DNA from: Planctomycetota bacterium
Lineage (GTDB): Bacteria > Planctomycetota > UBA1135 > UBA2386
Direction: 5' to 3'
NCBI GenBank assembly: GCA_965223545.1
Contig: OZ245006.1
Location: 7,712,001-7,776,000 of the forward strand
DNA length: 64,000 bases
Position 1 is the stretch's first letter, and each line of letters begins with the position of its first letter. The translations under genes and the position numbers were made by a program. The notes beneath the pieces were generated by a model that searched no databases, was not told the origin of the DNA, and saw nothing but the letters and a program-made list of their open reading frames with translations. Below, in pieces: positions 60,837 through 64,000 of the stretch.

Positions 60837-63185
60837 CTACCGGACCTCGATCACCTCGTCGCCGACGACGAGGACCAGTCTCGACGACAGCGCGAGGGCA
60901 GCCGCCAGGTCGGGGTGTTTGCGTAGCAACGCAAAGTAGTCATCGGAGAACGCCTCGACCGTGCGCAGCCGCGCGCGATCGGCCTCGCGGAACGCGCCGT
61001 CCACCCAGACGCCACCGGCCAGATAGAAAGTGCGCTCACCGACCCGGCGCCGCAGCAGCTCGCCAGCCAGGCCGCCCTGCTCGCCGAACATCGGTGCCGG
61101 CGTCTGCGCTTCGCCCTTTGCCAAGAGCGACAAGCCGACGCTGTTGTTGACCGCGTCGGCCCCGACCTGGTCGAGCGCCAGCCGGCCGAGCCGCTCCTCG
61201 GTCTTCTCGGCCTCCGCGCTGGCCTGGCCGAGTGCCGCGCCGAGGTAGACCTCGGTGGGTTGCCCGTCCGGCGCGGGAGAGGTCGGGGGCAGGGCGCCAG
61301 CGCGAATGAAGTCGCGGGTCAAACGGGGCAGCGCATCCGCATCGCCGAACGACCAGCGGTTGCCCTGGATGTGGATGCCCCGCGCGCGCGCGACGCGCAT
61401 GCCTTCCTCGACGATCAGGTGCGAAGTGAACGGGGTGACGATGCCGAACTCCTTGCCCAAGCGGCGGACCTCTTCGACCAGCTCCGCCTGCTGACCGTTG
61501 GTGCGGATCGCTTCCAGCAGCATCGCGATCTTGCGCTCGGCCCACAGCGCCGGCACGAAGTCGTGACGGGTGTCGTCCCCGGTGAACTCGCCCTCGAAGA
61601 CTAACTCGACCGCGCGGCCGTCGAGGGTGCCCTTGAGCCGGATCGCCTTCTGTCCCGTGCCGCGGTAGCGGCCGAGCAGCAACAGGCGGCTGCCCTTGAA
61701 CAGGTCGAGAGTCGTGCGCGGGAACACATCGAACCCCTCGATGCCGTCGCACACGATCTCGACGCCGGTCATCACCGGGTGGCTGAGCTTGGTGAACAGC
61801 GCGCCGGTCTTGACCTCGATGTCCTCGCCGTCGCGCACGTAGTCGCGGTCGCCGCGGCTGTCGGCGGCGATGCCGTCGAGCAGGGCCGTGTTGACATCGT
61901 TGCCGACGCCGAACACGAACACGCGGCCGGCGTCGCGGTTGGCCTTGCGCACCGCCGCGCGCAGCGCGTCGGCGTCGGTGGTGCCGACCGTCGGCAGACC
62001 GTCGGTCAAGAACACGGTGATCGGCACGTAGTCGACGTTCTCTGCGGCGGCGTCGGTCGCCTCCTGTGCGACCGCGTGCAGCAGGGCGTCTTCGATGTTG
62101 GTGCCGCCGCGCGCATCGATGCCGTCGACCATGCCGAGCGCGCGCTCGACCTCTTCGGCGCTCGCGCGCGTGGGCTTGGCGAAGAACGGCCGCGCCGCGG
62201 TCGAGAACGGCACCACGTTGAACAGGTCTCGCTCGTGCAGCGAGCGCAGGAAGAAGCGCAGGGCGCCGCGCGCCTGCGCGATCTTGGTGCCCTTCATCGA
62301 GCCCGACGTGTCGATGACGAAGGTGATCTTCTTCGCCGTGTTCTCGGGCACCGGCCACTCCTGCTTGGGCGCCAGCAGCATCAGGAAGGTGCCGGCCTCG
62401 CCCTCGCGGCAGTGCGTCATCAGGTTGAGACCGAACTCGCCGTCGGCGATGCCGTAGTGCAGCTGCAGGTCGCGCGCCGGCAGCTGCCCCTTGGCCTCGT
62501 AGGTGACGCGGGCGCGGTGGTCCCCGTTCCGGCTGATGTCGACACCACCGAGCGGCGTGTAGACGTTGAGCAGCGGCTCGGTCGAGTGGATCGAGACGTC
62601 GAGGGTGATCTGCTCGGGCGGGGCGCCGTTGAGGCCAGCCGCGCGCAGCGGAAACGTGTACGAGTGCAGCCCGGCGGTCACCGGCAGCACTTGGCGGTAG
62701 CGCACGGACACGGTGACGTTGCCCTGAGCGGGAATCGGGAACACCCGCGCGCGCAGGCAGCCGCCGCCGAAGTACTCGAGCAGCCCCGGATCGCGCTGCC
62801 GGCGGACGATGTCCTCGTAGATCTGGCGTGCCCGCGCGGCGTCGAGCACCTCGCCTTCCATCTTCACGCCGCCGGCGATCATCTCGAAGCCGTCGGCCAG
62901 TGCTCCGGGCGGCAGCGGCAGGATCCAGGTGCCCTCGCCGATGGTGCGGCCGCTGTTGTGCAGGACCTGCTCGATGTGGGTCGTGGCGATGTGGTTCTCG
63001 ATCGAAGTGCGCACTGCCAGCGACGTCGCCCGGATCGCCGGCGTCCCCGGCCGCACCGAGATCGGCAGCGGGCGGGGCTCCTGGCTCGGTGGAGTGTGGG
63101 TTGGCGGCGCGGGCTCCGGGCCGACGTAGAGGCCCTGGGCCACCGCGGGGCTCAGGCCGAGAAGGGTGAACGGTGATCGCAGCAT
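60837..63185 (-). CDS. secreted VIT + vWA domain protein (paralog)
   Basis: ARQIYEDIVRRQRDPGLLEY, DTSGSM, GGTNI, LTDGLPT. Confidence 0.88.
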   Translation of the reverse strand: MLRSPFTLLGLSPAVAQGLYVGPEPAPPTHTPPSQEPRPLPISVRPGTPAIRATSLAVRTSIENHIATTHIEQVLHNSGRTIGEGTWILPLPPGALADGFEMIAGGVKMEGEVLDAARARQIYEDIVRRQRDPGLLEYFGGGCLRARVFPIPAQGNVTVSVRYRQVLPVTAGLHSYTFPLRAAGLNGAPPEQITLDVSIHSTEPLLNVYTPLGGVDISRNGDHRARVTYEAKGQLPARDLQLHYGIADGEFGLNLMTHCREGEAGTFLMLLAPKQEWPVPENTAKKITFVIDTSGSMKGTKIAQARGALRFFLRSLHERDLFNVVPFSTAARPFFAKPTRASAEEVERALGMVDGIDARGGTNIEDALLHAVAQEATDAAAENVDYVPITVFLTDGLPTVGTTDADALRAAVRKANRDAGRVFVFGVGNDVNTALLDGIAADSRGDRDYVRDGEDIEVKTGALFTKLSHPVMTGVEIVCDGIEGFDVFPRTTLDLFKGSRLLLLGRYRGTGQKAIRLKGTLDGRAVELVFEGEFTGDDTRHDFVPALWAERKIAMLLEAIRTNGQQAELVEEVRRLGKEFGIVTPFTSHLIVEEGMRVARARGIHIQGNRWSFGDADALPRLTRDFIRAGALPPTSPAPDGQPTEVYLGAALGQASAEAEKTEERLGRLALDQVGADAVNNSVGLSLLAKGEAQTPAPMFGEQGGLAGELLRRRVGERTFYLAGGVWVDGAFREADRARLRTVEAFSDDYFALLRKHPDLAAALALSSRLVLVVGDEVIEVR

Positions 63186-63410
63186 TCCCGAGTGGTCTCA
63201 CGGTGGTCTCCGGGTTTCGATGGAAAGCGTCCCCGGCCGCGCCCCGCGCTCCTCCGGGAGAGCTAGCCAGAACGCCAGGGGCCCGCGCGGAGTTCCTGTG
63301 GGCAGCGGCGGGCCCGAGATTTCTACCCACGGCGTTCCAGGCCGACTTGAACCGGCGCCGATGAGAGCTACTGTTCTGCGCTTCGCATGGGCGCTTGGCG
63401 CCCGGCGTGA

Positions 63411-63486
63411 TCCCCGATAGCTCAGTTGGTAGAGCAACTGACTGTTAATCAGTGGGTCGCAAGTTCGAGTCTTGCTCGGGGAGCCA
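63411..63486 (+). tRNA. tRNA-Asn(GTT)
   Basis: 76-nt cloverleaf TCCCCGA...TCGGGGA-GCCA; anticodon GTT at 63444-63446; TTCGA T-loop. Confidence 0.97.
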
Positions 63487-63489
63487 ACT

Positions 63490-63538
63490 AAGCGCCCCTG
63501 GCCGCCAAACTTAGGTCGGTCCGGGGCGCTTTTCTTTT
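63490..63538 (+). terminator. intrinsic terminator after tRNA
   Basis: AAGCGCCCC...GGGGCGCTT followed by TTCTTTT. Confidence 0.7.
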
Positions 63539-63632
63539 CGCCATCAGGCGTCGCTGAAGGCATCGCGACAACGTCCGAGTTGTACCGCGGGCTGTACCAC
63601 GGAACGGCGTTGGTAGCGGAGGGGGCGGTACG

Positions 63633-64000
63633 ATGACGGCTCCCGCGACAGCCGTCTCTCCGGTTGCGGCCGCCGCCAGCGCCCGCAACCGGATCGCGGT
63701 CGTTGGGGACCAGGCGTTCATGGCCCTTCCCGGTGGTCGCATCGTGCTACTCGATGCGGGAGTTGTGGCCAAGGTCGCACCCTTCAACTGGATGAAAGGT
63801 GGCGGCCGGAACCCGACCGCGGTCAGAGCAGTCACGGGACGGATTCGGACAAGGCGTGTCGAGTCCCTCCTCCACAAGTTCCTGACCGACGCGACCAAGT
63901 TCCAGCAGGTCGAGTTTCTCAACGCCGACCGCGACGACTTCCGCCTGGCCAACCTCCGCGTCGTCGATCGTCGGGTCCCAAGGCGCACCCCGTTCCTCCC
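63633..64000 (+). CDS. HNH endonuclease-like protein (phage type, degenerate), 3' partial
   Basis: SD GGAGG; translates as ..RIVLLDA..FNW..LHKFL..VEFLNADRDDFRLANLRVV, resembling VDHINGDxLDNRRxNLR; absent from the supplied ORF track because it runs off the window. Confidence 0.6.
   Translation, partial: MTAPATAVSPVAAAASARNRIAVVGDQAFMALPGGRIVLLDAGVVAKVAPFNWMKGGGRNPTAVRAVTGRIRTRRVESLLHKFLTDATKFQQVEFLNADRDDFRLANLRVVDRRVPRRTPFL

Overview
A high-GC bacterial chromosomal segment, most consistent with a Planctomycetota genome. That assignment is inferred from the ECF-sigma fusions, c554-type cytochromes, VIT-vWA proteins and FHA-Ser/Thr kinase. Housekeeping genes (tyrS, cmk-plsC-rpsA, dnaK, purN, tilS, gap-pgk-rpe-accD-truD, tRNA-Asn) are interspersed with signalling modules: two sigma54 activators, a histidine kinase, RsbW/RsbU/receiver genes, a degenerate GGDEF protein and two ECF sigma factors. 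Also present are a GldAFG-like ABC system, an MrfAB-like helicase/exonuclease pair and a ParE-type toxin-antitoxin pair. The main signals are: (1) an intact IS110 element (~14046-15651) inserted in a REP-like palindrome, whose ~210-nt structured non-coding end contains a 9-nt copy of its own insertion site (bridge-RNA-like), with a second uninterrupted member of the palindrome family at 10988-11094; (2) a candidate sigma54-driven ~65-nt sRNA carrying an anti-Shine-Dalgarno sequence (13787-13875); (3) a structured, terminated RNA upstream of tyrS; (4) internal SD+ATG starts inside two ECF-system genes; (5) a probable island or prophage edge after tRNA-Asn. All calls were made by eye, with no database searches, and several start codons are best guesses.
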